Shown piece after piece: positions 63,895 to 64,000 of a stretch of DNA of 64,000 bases. Within the stretch, counting starts at the first letter, position 1. Every line of letters begins with the position of its first letter. Made by a program: the position numbers and the translations under genes. The stretch comes from Podarcis melisellensis (lineage: Eukaryota). Where the stretch lies: NCBI GenBank assembly GCA_964234715.1, contig OZ174281.1; one strand, given 5' to 3'. The notes beneath the pieces were generated by a model. It saw only the letters and a list, made by a program, of their open reading frames with translations, did not search any database and was not told where the DNA came from.

Positions 63895-64000
63895 TTGTTA
63901 CAGATAGGTAGCCGTGTTGGTCTGCCATAGTCAAAACAAAAAAAATTCCTTCTAGTAGCACCTTAAAGACCAACTAAGTTAGTTCTTGGTATGAGCTTTC
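63895..64000. mobile_element. Penelope-like element terminus (truncated by window edge)
   Basis: GGTAGCCGTGTTGGTCTG...AGCACCTTAAAGACCAAC...GAGCTTTC motif typical of squamate Penelope ends. Confidence 0.6.

Overview
Vertebrate (squamate, most likely lacertid lizard, judged from Sauria/Squam1 and Squam3-type SINEs) genomic DNA, not prokaryotic. The window holds the divergent TAF4B-SS18 gene pair. TAF4B is on the minus strand (coding exons 1-13, 31795 to 532, 3' end off the left edge). SS18 is on the plus strand (exons 1-6 and 9 visible, 45533 to 62059; exons 7 and 8 probably lie in N-gaps; 3' end off the right edge). About 1 kb from the predicted TAF4B start site, on the opposite strand, is an intact intronless MCTS1 retrocopy (33150-33695). 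It is flanked by a perfect 13-bp target-site duplication and has what looks like an acquired 5' UTR intron linking it to the TAF4B CpG-island promoter. Best candidate for a new system: a squamate MCTS1 retrogene, possibly out-of-Z and independent of mammalian MCTS2, that captured the bidirectional promoter of the germline factor TAF4B. It sits in the interval where mammals have PSMA8, which I could not find here. The TAF4B leader itself carries uORFs, the kind of substrate DENR-MCTS1 acts on. The rest is intronic or intergenic DNA with SINEs, L2/CR1 fragments, hAT and Tc1/mariner MITEs, microsatellites and one 50-bp-arm palindrome. Comparisons to human proteins and repeat families are from recall, not from a search.
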